From assembly GCF_006345805.1 (NCBI RefSeq), contig NW_021835475.1, positions 5,189 to 69,188 of the forward strand: a stretch of 64,000 nucleotides of DNA. Direction: 5' to 3'. Source of the stretch: Octopus sinensis (lineage: Eukaryota). Positions 42,871 through 56,000 of the stretch are shown here, in pieces. Position 1 is the first letter of the stretch. Each line of letters begins with the position of its first letter. The position numbers were made by a program, and so were the translations under genes. Below the pieces are notes generated by a model. It saw only the letters and a program-made list of their open reading frames with translations, was not told the DNA's origin and did no database searches.

Positions 42871-43611
42871 CGTGTGTGTGTTTATACACGTATACGTTTG
42901 TTTATATGTGTGTAATTGTATACATGTGTATATTGAAGCGAGAGAAAGAGAGAAAGCTATAAGGAAAGAAGAATATTTGGTAATCAGCAACTTTCGAAAC
43001 TGGGGCCATTGTTAAGGTTTCGGAAAACTAATTTAATTTACCACCTTAACAGCAGCAGCAACAACAACACTAATAATATTAATAAGTGGCTGAATGATTG
43101 AAGTGTAAAAAAACAAAAAACAAATAAAGGTAATAAAATAAATGAAAATCAGGGAGACATCTCCGCCTTAGGGGTCGGTGAAAGTGTGAAACGACTTGTT
43201 GGCACATTTTAACTCAGGTATTGAAAGATTCAAACGAAGAGTTTGCTTTCAAACACGTCACGTGGTTAATTACTAGAATTCTAGTGAGTGAAAGGATTCA
43301 GTGAAAATTGTTTGGCATCTTGTCAGCGAACTTTCCCCTTCGTTATCCTTTTTCATTCTTTTTTTCGCTTTGCGAGGGAATTTGGCAAACATGTCTGCTG
43401 CTTGTTGTCTGTTGAAAACTCTGGTGTTGTAAAAACAATGACGACGACGACGACGACGACGACATAATCGAAATAAAGCAACAACGATGATGGACGCCGA
43501 GTACAATGTCTTTTGTTCAACCTATGAACCTAGAGAAGCAGTTTTCGACGCCATATTTAATAGTTTTCCATCAATATCGTCTCACATATCTCTACATATA
43601 TTATAGTATAT

Positions 43612-43900
43612 GTGAAGGCGCGTGGCCTAGTGGCTAAGGGAGCTGCACGCGAGATCGTGGTTTCGATTCTCAGACTGACTGTCCGTTGTGTTCTTGAGCT
43701 AAACACTTTATTTTATGTTGCTCCAGTCCGTTTAGCTATAAATTAATAGCTCTACTACGGACTGGCGTACCATTTAAGGGGAATGTAAGCCAGCTCGCCA
43801 AGTCAGTAAGCTGGTGTCATTCGAAAGCTATAACAATACGATGAAGTGCTTTGTGACCAGCGGTGTATAACAACATCCGATAAACCGGTCGATACCGTGG
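43612..43900 (+). mobile_element. SINE family D (tRNA-derived)
   Basis: gtgaaggcgcgtggcctagtgg...ggtttcgattc...gttcttgagc.aaacactt. Related copies at about 38749-38930 (+), 44668-44915 (-) and 46260-46390 (-); tail fragment at 41651-41760. Confidence 0.75.
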
Positions 43901-44134
43901 TATTATAGTATATATCATTTATCTTTTACTTGTTTCAGTCATTGGACTGCGGTCATGCAGGGGCACAGATTCAAGGATTTCAGTCGAATAAATTTTATTC
44001 TTTTTTTTAAATCTAGCTTTTATTCTGTCGGTCTCTTAAGCCAAACGATTGAGATACGTTTACGTAGACAAAACAACACCAATCGTCAGGCGGTAGTAGA
44101 GGCATAAATACACACACACACACACAACCTAAAA

Positions 44135-44420
44135 GAAAAATCTGAAGCGATGCAATGTTCCCTTTTCTTTCTGGGAAAACAAAAGCATCAGAAGGCAGGA
44201 CCTGGTGCCAGACCTGCTTCTCCTCGGTTCAAAGATTTTAGCAAAGTCGACTCCAGTATAAGGATCAGCTTTGTGCAAGCATGAAGACCCAGTGGCAAAA
44301 CGCTGCTCCTTTAAATGGAGACCTTTACCTGTGAATGTGGTTTTGTGATACGAAGCAAAGCAGGCCCTGCTGTTCACTGAAGAAAATACGTAGTAAATGA
44401 TTCACAAGCACTCATGCAAA
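44135..44420 (+). mobile_element. Degenerate RTE-type LINE 3' end with C-terminal zinc-finger remnant
   Basis: TCECGFVIRSKAGPAVH*RK resembles CxxCG..xSxAGLxxHxR; WENKSIRRQ lies upstream. Confidence 0.5.
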
Positions 44421-45159
44421 CTGAGTCCTCAACTTGTTCCGTTTGCCAAAAGGTTAGCAAGGCACCAGCATGCCTAAGGGACACATTCGTGCCCCTTTAT
44501 TTTACTGAACCCTCATTTGTGGTTCACAACAAGAGAATCTGTCATGCTCAGATAAAAAAGAAGTAAAAAAAGTATTTGAGTTTAATCGTTGACTGTGAAA
44601 ATAGACAAATATATGTGTAGATGGATAAACGTATATACTGTATGTGTAAAAAAAAAATGATAATAAATGCGCCCCTTTAAAGCCTAGTCAGGCTCATGGG
44701 CCCGGCTTCCCGGTTTCAATGGCGTGTATGTTCCCTAGTTAAACGGGACCCCAGTCCATCGCAGCGTTACTCATTTTTGCCAGCTGAGTGGACTGGAACA
44801 ACGTGAAATTAAGTGTTTTGCTCAAGAACACAACGCGTCACCCGGTCCAGGAATCGAAACCACAATCTTACGATCATGATGCTGTCACCCCTAACCACTA
44901 AGCCACGCGCCTCCACATATATTTGCAGAAAAGAAACAAAATGCTTATAAAATGCTTATTTTAAATTATATTATTTGTAAGGCGGCCAGCTGGCAGAAAC
45001 GTTAGCACGTACCAGTTGCGTACTGGTGTCGATCTAATCGACTTGCCCCCTCCACCAAAATTTCGGGTCTTGTGCCTAAAGTAGAAAAGAATATTGTATT
45101 ATTTGTTTATAATATAAATTATAAGATTTTTAAAATGTCAACTTTTATTGTATTCATTA

Positions 45160-45558
45160 CTAGCAGTATCGCCCGGCGTTGCTCGGATTTGTAAGGGAAA
45201 TAACTATATAAGCATTTTTAGAGGGTTATAGCCAAAAAATAGCAAAAAAATGCATTAAAAATGGAAAATAAATTATGGTAAATTTTTTTTAAAAATCGTT
45301 GACTCATCGTAGACATTTTTAGAGAGTTACTTCCCTTATATAATAGCGAAAAAAATGCATTAAAATGGAAAAAATGATGGTAAATTTTTTTTAAAATCAT
45401 AGACTCATCGTAGACGCGCGCTAATACCCAGAAGGGCTCGATATGAATCACGACTATAAGATACCCGGTTTTGGTTAAACTGCACCGCAAAATGTGGGAG
45501 TAGTTAGGAATCTAAATCGTGGGAGACAGACACACAACTTCACTTTTATATATAAAGA
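45160..45558 (-). mobile_element. Non-autonomous Helitron
   Basis: Minus strand begins TC(TTTATATATAAAAG) and ends with hairpin CCGAGCAACGCCGGG followed by CTAG; inserted between A and T with no TSD; internal duplication of about 115 bp. Confidence 0.85.
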
Positions 45559-45859
45559 TATATATTGTTTCAGGTATAAATATAACATTACTAAGAAATA
45601 TTACCTGTCCCTAGCACATTGAGGAAAAAATCTGCCTGTACGCCCAATGAGATAGTTTGAGAAGCACTGTTTTAGACAATCAAAACGGCTAAAGTTAGTC
45701 TTCCATAGAACTGTACTGTTTAGTTATCAGTCAAAATAATTTTTGACGGTCCAAGGGAATTAACGAATCATTTATTTGTTTATTCGTTAATCAGAGTCAC
45801 CAGCCCTATATTAATACTAAACTTTTTCACAGCCACTGAGTTTTCCCGTAAGATCTCTT

Positions 45860-46240
45860 AAATTACCAATACTTATGTTTATTGTATCTCTCGACGTGGC
45901 TACGAAGCTTCAATCGAACACAGAAAAGTACGTGGGATGCACTAGAAACTCTCTCAAACAGCGTATTTCCAATCATTTGGCCTCCTTCAGAGTCCCGGAA
46001 AGGAGATACGTGACATCGCTGGCCGGCCATATCTGGCAATTACGAGACGAGGAGATTCCCCACTCGATCGTATGGAGGATACTCGAGAAACCAGCCCCGT
46101 ACATAAATGGGACGAAATGGGGCAAGTTATGTATTGCCAAGCGCACGAGGATCCTTAAAGACTCGTTTGTGCCAAGGGGCACCCTGAACTCCAAGACAGA
46201 GATTTGCCTTCAAATGACGCCAGTCCGCTGAGTAGGCCAA
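45860..46240 (+). mobile_element. Penelope-like element GIY-YIG endonuclease remnant
   Basis: ORF 45875-46231: KYVGCTRNSLKQRISNHLASF...TSLAGHIWQLRD...WRILEKPAPY...KLCIAKR...LNSKTEI. Confidence 0.85.
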
Positions 46241-46489
46241 ATCCCCCCTTCCCGGTCGAAGCGGATACTGGGGCAACGCGAAATCGTGAAATGCTCAAAA
46301 ATACAACGCGCCGCCCCTTTAGGGAATCGAACCCGCGATCTAGCGATCTTGAGTCCAGCAGCCTAACCACTAGGCCACACACGCCTTCACACACGCGCGC
46401 GCGCATGCCTATGCTTGTGTATATTTATGTTCTTAAATACTATGCAGGATTATACTATAATCAAAACTGTACCTGTTCAGTTGAGTGTC

Positions 46490-46604
46490 CAACGTGCGAG
46501 AGTGGTCCATTGGCAAGTCATATTCGCTTAGGTGCCAATGTGTGAGAATGGTCTCTAACTAACATTCAACTACAGTCTGTTGCCGGAAAGAAACACGTGT
46601 TGAG
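46490..46604 (+). promoter_or_regulatory. Putative POP5 proximal promoter / 5' UTR
   Basis: Unique sequence just upstream of the ATG with CCAAT-box matches (ccattgg, gccaatg), ETS-type gCCGGAAag (about 46582) and E-box CACGTG (about 46594). Typical of housekeeping promoters, but motif-level evidence only. Confidence 0.45.
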
Positions 46605-46621
46605 ATGAGGTTCAAAAAACG
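46605..46621 (+). CDS. POP5: POP5 coding exon 1 (MRFKK + CG of Arg)
   Basis: ATG AGG TTC AAA AAA CG|gtaaac. The phase-2 donor joins the exon 2 C to give CGC (Arg), restoring the conserved RFKxRYLL N-terminus. Confidence 0.85.
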
Positions 46622-47320
46622 GTAAACATTATTTTTTCCAACATTCTACGTTTAATAACGTACACTATTATATATAAATATATATATATATATCTTTGCT
46701 GTCGCTGTCCGTATTAAAATAATATTCTTGGTGTTTCCGTTTGTATACTCTTTATATTTGTTTTCAGCTATTATTCTGCGGCCATGCTGGTGCAAGGCCT
46801 TGAAGGGATTTCCCGAACAAATCGACCCCAATATCTCATTCTCTTAAAGCCTAGCACTGTAGTCTCCCCTTTTGCCTATCCGCTGTGTTACGGGGACAAC
46901 AGTAGTCGAACGGCGGTCACAGGCAAACTCAGGACACACACACTCACATATATATATGCCATGATAGATCGTTAGCCCCTACATGCAATTTTTTTCTCTC
47001 CTTGTTTCTCTCCGTGTTTCTTTTCTGTGTATCTTTCTGTTGAAGAGCGTAGGCTCCAAACGTAAAAGACTTGTTCTATTTATATTCCTGAACGCCATAC
47101 TAATACAATTGTTTGTTTGTACTCCACCTGCCTTCGTCTTTTGTTTATTTCCGTAAAGCTTCCCGTTATATTTACTTTGCTATGTAGTCGTTGTAGGTTC
47201 GACTACTTACGACTAGCTTGTAGTACCATATAGAAGACTTCGGAAAATTCACAAGATCCGAGCATTTTCCTCGTAACTTTTAGGAAAATAGGGTCTTTTC
47301 AATAAAATTTTATAGAAATA

Positions 47321-47367
<47 letters not shown>

Positions 47368-50300
47368 CACACACTCACACACACGACAGGCTTCTTTCGG
47401 TTTCCGTCTCACTGAGGCTATAGTAGAAGACACTTACTTGCCTAAGGTGCCATGCAATGAGACTGAACCCAGAACCATGTGGTTCAGAAGCAAGCTTGTC
47501 ACCACACAGCCATGCCTCTGTTCCTAATTAGAAATAAATTAATTTATTAACCACGTGACTATGTCTTCATACTGCTCCTCCCCCTGTTTGTATCTCTTGG
47601 ACGTAAACAGTAATGGCAACAGTGTTAGTATGACAACCACATCGTGGTTATTCTGCATGCTAGAAATAATAGTTAAGTAGCTGACAAGGTTTTGGGTGAC
47701 CGAAGGCTGTACCAAAAGACACTTGGCCGTTCTGCGGGACTGAACCCAGACCCATGTCGTTGGGGAACTAGCTTCTTAACTACACAACCAGGCCTGCACA
47801 ATGGATATAAAGAATTGAGAAAACTGGAGAAACAAAGAAAGGAAAAAACAAAACCAAAAATTCAATAAAAATGGTTCTTTAACCTTTTCGTTACTGTATT
47901 TATTTCGAGATGCTCTGTGTTTCTTTCAATTATTTTAAATATAACAAAGAATTTAGTAAAATAACTTAGTTATCATTAAGTTAGTGTTACGAATGTAAAT
48001 TGTGACTAAGGCTTGGTGGAATATTTTAATTCAAAACTTACGAAAACAAGACATTTTACCACAGAGCCAGAGCCGGGTTAGTAACGAAAGGGTTAAGACC
48101 ATTATTGTTGAGAGAGAGATAAACTCTTGTTCTTTTAGTTCATCGGAATCGAAGTGAAACAGTGATTGGCTTCTTTTTGATCTCTAACCGTGGAGGCGCA
48201 ATGGCCCAGTGGTTAGGGCAGCGGACTCGCGGTCATAGGATCGCGGTTTCGATTCCCAGACCGGGCGTTGTGAGTGTTTATTGAGTGAAAACACCTAAAG
48301 CTCCACGAGGCTCCGGCAGAGATGGTGGTGATCCCTGCTGTACTCTTTCACCACAACTTTCTCTCACTCTTACTTCCTGTTTCTATTGTACCTGTATTTC
48401 AAAGGGCCGGCCTTGTCACTCTCTGTGTCACGCTGAGTATCCCCGAGAACTACGTTAAGGGTACACGTGTCTGTGGAGTGCTCAGCCACTTGTACGTTAA
48501 TTTCACGAGCAGGCTGTTCCGTTGATCGGATCAACCGGAACCCTCATCGTCGTAACCGACAGAGTGCTTCTTCTTCAATCTGTAACCAACAACACTGTTG
48601 TCTGCAGAGATCTAAAATGAATAAATAAATGTCCATCCATCGTCTGTTGTCACCGTTATCCTCTTTCAGTCAATCAGAGGACATAACGTTGATCCTCCAT
48701 CTTCTTGGACGGTTAACACAGTTTGTGGGACATATGCTAATGAGTTTAAGATGGTGGTTGTCGGCTGCACTCTGTTAGCGAAACATGAAGAGAGAGAAAG
48801 AGAGAGAGAGATTTACTCATACACACACACACACACAGCTTTCAAGAATTAAACAGATGCACGCCAAAAGAACGAATGGAATATTCGCACACAAGACATG
48901 GATGTCTTCTTAGGCAGACAAGCTGTTGAAAGATTAGCATTAATTACGGCAGATAATTCTGAAACTTAAATTCTAATTAAATTCTTTCAATCAATTTTTA
49001 AAAATATTTATTTCTTTAAATTCTTTTTTTTTTCCAGGTTTTCATCATAATTTTACCATCCACCTTTACCATGCTTCATTGGTTCAATGGAGTTTTTAGT
49101 TTTTTTTTTTTAAATTGCTGCAGATTTTCTACAGGCCTGATCCCCTTCCATGGGCCAACTCACATCTGTTTCCATATAAGGTAATATATGGACAGATTAT
49201 AAAGTATTTTCGTTAAAGATATCCCCTTCCCAAGGGCTGGGATATACAAAAACATGTCATAATTTTTAGTCCTTCTCTACATGGCCACCACCAATGGCGA
49301 CACATTTCTCCCATCACTTTATGCAGCTGTGATGATCTGGAGCCAAGACTTTACCTCAGAAATAAGTTCGTCATCAACCAAAAAGTGTTTCCCCTTCAAA
49401 AAAGACTTTATTGCTGGAAAGAGGTGGAAGTCAGACAGTGCAAGGTTGGGAGAGCAAGAGAGATGAGGAGGGATTTGATAACCGTGGGAGTGTGCTTCCA
49501 TCTGGGCAACAGGCACATTGTGAACTGAGGCGTTGCCTTGCAGGAGGTCAATTCCTTTGGTCAGCTGGTCAGCATGTCACGCCTCTCTGCATTGATGACG
49601 TCCCGCAATTTCTGCAGCAGAGAAACAACATAATATACCCTTTGCCAGAAAATCTATCATCACTGCTCCACGCTGGTTCCAAAAGACTGGGCATCACCTT
49701 GCCTGCAAAGGGTTGGACACAAGACTTCTTTGAAAGTGGTGAGTTATCATGGGACTGATAGAATAAGTCCTGTGGTCGATTTGTCTGACTAAAACCCTTC
49801 AAGGCATTGCCTTAGCATGGCCGCAGTCAATTGACTGAAACAAGATAAAAGAATACATATATGTATGTATGTATGCATATATTTTATTTATTACACTATT
49901 GTCTGACAGCGCTTCGCGTCGGGTTCCGTTCGAATTTTCGCTTCGTTCCGTCTCTATCCTCCCAGTATTGTTTTATATATATATATATATATATAGTAAA
50001 ATGAAGGAACACCTGGAAAACAGGAAAAAACACAAAACATGTTGACATGCTCACCCCTCATCAGTTATCAGCTAAAAGTCATCACAATTTCAGTGCCTTT
50101 TCAATAACGTTGTTCAATTTGGTTTCAAGAGCAAAATGCTGTTGGGATAGAAATGAGCAATACACACACACACATTTCAGGTGGTTTTCTGCTGCATCAA
50201 ACTCTCCCTTGCAAGGAATCGGTAATGCCAAAATTACGGCAGGAAATGTTCTCCCAAGTCACCATGTTGTGATGTGATTACAATGGCTATCACAATTTTA

Positions 50301-53036
50301 GTAAAAGAGAGACAGAGATAGAGAAATCCCACTCACACAGATACCCTGATCCCCACCCCCACATGCACCTACATGGTTCGACAGTTTAGGATTTGTCGAG
50401 GCAGATAATCCTTAAATTAAATCCTCTTTCATTTGTTTACTCCATTAATTCACAATTTTTGTCTGTTTATCTTTTAAATTTTTTATTCCATTATTTTTTT
50501 GATTATTATATTTTGTTTTGTTTTTTTTTATTGTATTTTATATTTTACATCTGAAGATTCAAGCTGCAGCTCCTTCAAAACTCATTTCTCCAATTTCATG
50601 CCTGTCTGTCTGTCTGTCTTTCTCTCCCCTCTGTCTGTCTTGTCTGTCTCTCTCTCTCTCTCCCTCTCTCTCTCTCTCCATCCGGCTGTCTGTCTCCAAG
50701 ACACCAATAAAATGCCTCTTCCAGTTGTCAACTTGATAAATTGGTTCTTCTACTTTTCATATTTGTCCCCTAGACCCCCTTCATGCTTTGACCCTACCAT
50801 TGTTGGTGTTGGTTGGGAAAGGGGTCACTAGGGAGGAGTAAGACAGAGTGGTGATAGCAGTGAATAGAAATCGTGGTGGTGGTGGTGGTGGCACTTATAG
50901 TAGTTGTTGTTGTTCTTCTTCTTACGTCCACAGTTCAGCCCCGGCTGAACAGATTTATAAACAAAGGTGGCAGGCATAGCTGCAAGGTTAAGAAGCTCAC
51001 ATTGTATGTAACCACATGGCTTCAGGTTCAATCCCACTGCAGTGCACCCCACGCTGACCAAATGCTAGGCATCAATTCTTCCAGTGCCTTACATTCTGAG
51101 ATCAAATCCCACTGAGGTTGGCTTTACTTTTCATCCTTTTAGGGGCCAATAAAATAAGTACCAGTTGAGCACTGGGGGTCGATGTAATCGACTAGATCCC
51201 TCCCCAAAAATTTCAGGCCTTGTGCCTATTGTAGAAAGGATTATTATTATTATTATTATTATTGAAAGCAGTGAGCTGGTAGAATCATTAGACACTGGAT
51301 GAAAGGCTTAGTAGTATTTCACCTGTCAATACGTTCTAAGTTCAAATCCTACCAACGTCGACTTTGCCTTTCATTCTTCTGGCCTTGATAAATTAAGTAC
51401 CAGTTACGCACTGGGGTCGATGTAATCGACTTAGCCCTGCCCAAATTTCAGGCCTTGTGCCTATAATCAAAAGGATGATTATTATTATTATTATCATTAT
51501 TATTATTATTATTATTGAAGGTGGCCAGCTGGTAGGATCGTTAGCATGATGGACAAAATGGTTGGCGGTATTTCACCTGACGCTACATTCTGAGTTCAAA
51601 TTCTGCCGAGGTCGACTTTGCTTTTCATCCTTTCAGGGTCGATAAAGCAAGTACCAGTTAAACGCTAGGGGTCGATGTAATCGACTCATCTCCACAAGTT
51701 ACCCTTGTGGCAAAAGTTATTATTATTATTATTATTATTATTATCATCATCATCATCATTATTATTACCACGACCTTCGAACTTTAGGCCTCACTGAGGA
51801 AATGACCAGCGACCGAGACCTTTGGAAATATTCTGTACGTGAGAAGACCAGGCAGGACAAGTGAGCCCAGCCCACTTATGAATGCCTTTCCTCCCTTGGA
51901 CACAAAGACCTGTTGAGGCAAGCGAAGTCGATATAGAACCTCATCCGACGACAGGCACCCATGCTTGCGAAGACATGTTGGGGCAAGCGAAATCGAAATC
52001 GAAGTCAAAATCGAATTGAACCAGCCAGGATCCCTGGTCTGGTGGTACGTAAAAAGCACTATCCGACTCGTGGCCGATGCCAGCGCCGCCTCCACTGGCT
52101 TCTGTGCCGGTGGCACGTAAAATACACCAATCTGACCGTACGACAGGCACCCATGCCAACCCGCTTGCTTGCGAAGACATGTTGGGGCAAGCGAAATCGA
52201 ATCGAACCAGCCAGGTTCCCTGGTCTGGTGGTACGTAAAAAGCACTATCCGACTCGTGGCCAATGCCAGTGCCGCCTCCACTGGCTTCCGTGCTGGTGGC
52301 ACGTAAAATACACCAATCTGACCGTACAACAGGCACCCATGCCAACCCCCTTGCTTGCGAAGACATGTTGGGGCAAGCGAAATCGAAATCGAATTGAACC
52401 AGCCAGGATCCCTGGTCTAGTGGTACGTAAAAAGCACCATCCGACTTGTGGCCGATGCCAGCACCGCCTCGTCTGGCTTCCGTGCCGGTGGCACATAAAA
52501 TACACCAATCCGACCGTGGCCGTTGCCAGCCTCGCCTGGCACCTGTGCAGGTGGCACGCAAAAAGCACCCACTACACTCACAGAGTGGTTGGCGTTAGGA
52601 AGGGCATCCAGCTGTAGAAACACTGCCAGATAAGACTGGAGCCTGGTGCAGCCTTCTGGCTTCCCAGATCCCCGGTCGAACCGTCCAACCCATGCTAGCA
52701 TGGAGAACGGACGTTAAACGATGATGATGATGATGATGATGATGATTATTATTACCATTATTATTATTATTATTATTATCATTATCATCATCATTTCATC
52801 ATTATTATTATTATCATTATTATTATCATTATTACCATTATTATTATTATTATTATTATCATTATTATGCTGTTTCTGTATTTAAGCTACCTCTTGTACG
52901 AGATCGAGTCATGTCACCAGTTCTATTCCAACGATATCCTCTCGGCCATCACGGAGGCTGTACAGACGGCTTATGGAGACTACGGGAGGGCTGTCATCCA
53001 GAAAGTAACTTATGGTAAGTACTCAGTCTTTCTACT

Positions 53037-53071
<35 letters not shown>

Positions 53072-56000
53072 TGCACAGGAACATGCTCACCTGAGCCACC
53101 AAGGGAGGGGTCTCTATGCCAAAGGTTCTCATCAGAGGTCCACAGAAGAATTGTCTGTTTGAGTCTGTGTGTTATAAATTGGTTGTGCTTCTGCAATTCA
53201 TAGAATATTTTTATTCTTTTGTTTGTTTCAGTCATTTGACTGTAGTCATGCTGGAGCACCGCCTTTAGTCGAACAAATCGACCCCCAGGACTTATTCTTT
53301 GTAAGCCTAGTATTTATTCTATCGGCCTCTTTTGCTGAACCATCATCGGCTGTTAAGCGATGTTGGGTGGGGGCGGGGGACAAACTCAGATACACACACA
53401 CATATATATATACACAACGGGCTTCTTTCAGTTTCCATTAACCAAATCCACTCATAAGGCTTTGGTCTGTCCAAGGCTATAGTAGAAGACACTTGCCCAA
53501 GGTGCCATTGAGTGGGACTGAACCTGGAACCAGGTGGTTAGTAAACAAGCCACTTACCACACAGCCACTCCCGCACCTATTTAAACATTTTTTTTTTATA
53601 CAGAGTACCGCCTCACTGGCCCTCGTGCCGGTGGCACGTAAAAGCACCCACTATGCTCTCGGAGTGGTTGGCGTTAGAAATGTGGTAACAGAAGGCTTAA
53701 GAGTTAAATCTCTTTATAACTTTTTTATTCTTTGAACTCCCCCCCCCCCCCGCACTTAAAATCTTTGTTTTGATTTTCTTTTTTTTTCTTTTTTGTTTCT
53801 TTTAGTCAAATATTTTGACAGCAACACCAACACCATAATAATAGTGGTGCCGAGGAAACACTGTCTGATGGTTCAGTCTGCCGTCTGCTTCATCAAACTC
53901 ATCAAGAACAAGGAGGCGTCTTTGCGATCCCTTCATGTTGGAGGTAAAATTTAGTCACTGCTCTTTCTTGCCTTTCGTCTTCTCAGTTTACTTGTGTGTG
54001 TGAGTATATGTGTGTGTGTGTGTGTGTGTGTGTATACGTATTCTTTTATACTTTCATTTGTTTCAATCATCTGACTGCGACCATGCTGGGGCACCGCCTT
54101 AGAGGGTTTTGGTCGAACAAATTGACCCATGGGATTATTTTTTGTAACCTTACTACTTATTCTATCGGTTTCTTTTGCTGAACCACTAAGCATTGTCAGG
54201 ATGACAACATCACACACACAGATATTGGGTCATCCCATAAATAATGCAGTTTTTTTATACTTCTTTTATCTTTCAAAACTAAGATAAACAAAGTCCTTTT
54301 TTAATCTAAAATATACTCTCCTTCATTTTCTACAATACTCTTCCATCTATCTGGTAGACTTGCAAAATTCATTTGTCCATGATGAAAAATACTCCTCCAC
54401 TACTGTTCTGACCTCGTCTACAGAATTCATATTTTTGCCATCCAAATGATTTTGAAGACTGCAGAATAAAAGATAATCAGATGGGGCAATGCCTGCCGAA
54501 TATGGTGGGTGGTGCATCGTTTTCCATTCAAACTGCTCCAGCCTTTGGAATGTCTCTGCATGCAATTAGACTTGGAAAGTTTGCGAGGAACCCATCGACC
54601 CATTTTTCTGACTTTTCCAATGGCATGCAGGTGTTGATGCTGTATTACTACCACCACCACCATTACCATTATCTAAGACTACCACCAGCACCACCACCAC
54701 TACCACTATTAACCACTGTTTCCATAACTACCACCACCACCACCATCATTCCTGTCTATCACTACTACTACTACTACCACTACACTGTCCTGATTACTCT
54801 CACTCCCCTCACTTCTACCACCACCACCACCCCCACAAGCCTTACAAGTACCACTATTACAACTACTTATACTATCACCACCACTGTTAGCACAATTACT
54901 ACTACCATGACCACTTTCTCTATCGCTACTACTACCACCACCACCACTACAAGTACCACCAAAATCCTTACTACCACTATTACAACTACTATCACCACCG
55001 CTGTTAGCACAACTACTACTACCACTACCATCACTATTACTACTACCACCATCACCACTTTCTCTATCTTTACTACTACTGCCCATGCCACAACTGTCAC
55101 CGCCACCATTACCACCACTGTTTGCAGGTTCAATTCCAGTGAAAGTCGTTTCGTATCTGTTTTTCCTCCAGGGACAATAAAATCTACAAAGAAGAGCCTG
55201 CTTGCTCAGCGTTACCAAGCGTTGCCTCGTGCGTTTCTGGAATGTAAGAACAAAGGTAAGTTGCTGAAGACTTGGCATTTGGGATGTCTTTTATATATGT
55301 TTTCATTAATGTCATCATCATCATCATCACCATCGTCATCATCATCATCATCAATATCATCTTCATCATCTTCATCACACCATCAGCTTGACACTGAGAT
55401 ATCTCCATTATCATAATTCAACGTCATCACCACCACCATCATCATTGTCGTCATCATAATAATAACTTTTTCTACAATAGCCACAAGGCCTGAAATTTTA
55501 TGGGGAGGGGATGAGTTGATTACATCGACCCCAGTGTTCAACTGGTGCTTATTTCATTGACCCCGAAAAGATGAAAGGCAAAGTCGACCTTGGCGGAATT
55601 TGAACTCAGAACATAGCGGCAGACAAAATACCGCTAAGCATTTTTCCCAGCATGTTAACGATTCTGTCATCTCGCTGCTTTTCACCACCTTATATATGAT
55701 GATGATGATTATAGGAATAATAACATCCTTAAACAACCCTTATTCAGGGACATTTTGAGCAGGATGGGTTACTTGACCAGAAGAAAATTCTAACTGGGCC
55801 CTACCTGCAAGGTCATGCGCTGTTTATCTTGATATGAGATCCCCATGTCGCACACATATGGTTGTGATGCATGTGCCTGGTGTACCTATGCCCTGATACA
55901 GTACCAGGCAGTGGCTCTCATGGTTTCTGATCTTAACTGATTGGAAGTGTCATCATGTACATTGTTTGTCTTGGTATAAAAGATGGGCTACAGCAAATAT

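Noticed and set aside
48191-48265. tRNA gene calls at SINE heads (also 38749, 43612, 44840-44915, 46310-46390, 58290-58359)
   Set aside because: A/B boxes are present but there is no closed acceptor stem, and each continues into a multi-copy SINE body.
51784-52701. Overlapping 180-218 aa repeat ORFs
   Set aside because: They arise from the GC-rich tandem cassette downstream of an RTE stop codon, on both strands, inside a POP5 intron.
54481-55416. 311-aa Thr-rich mucin-like ORF
   Set aside because: Composite of a mariner remnant, (ACC/ACT)n repeats and the 84-nt POP5 exon 4; only the exon is supported.
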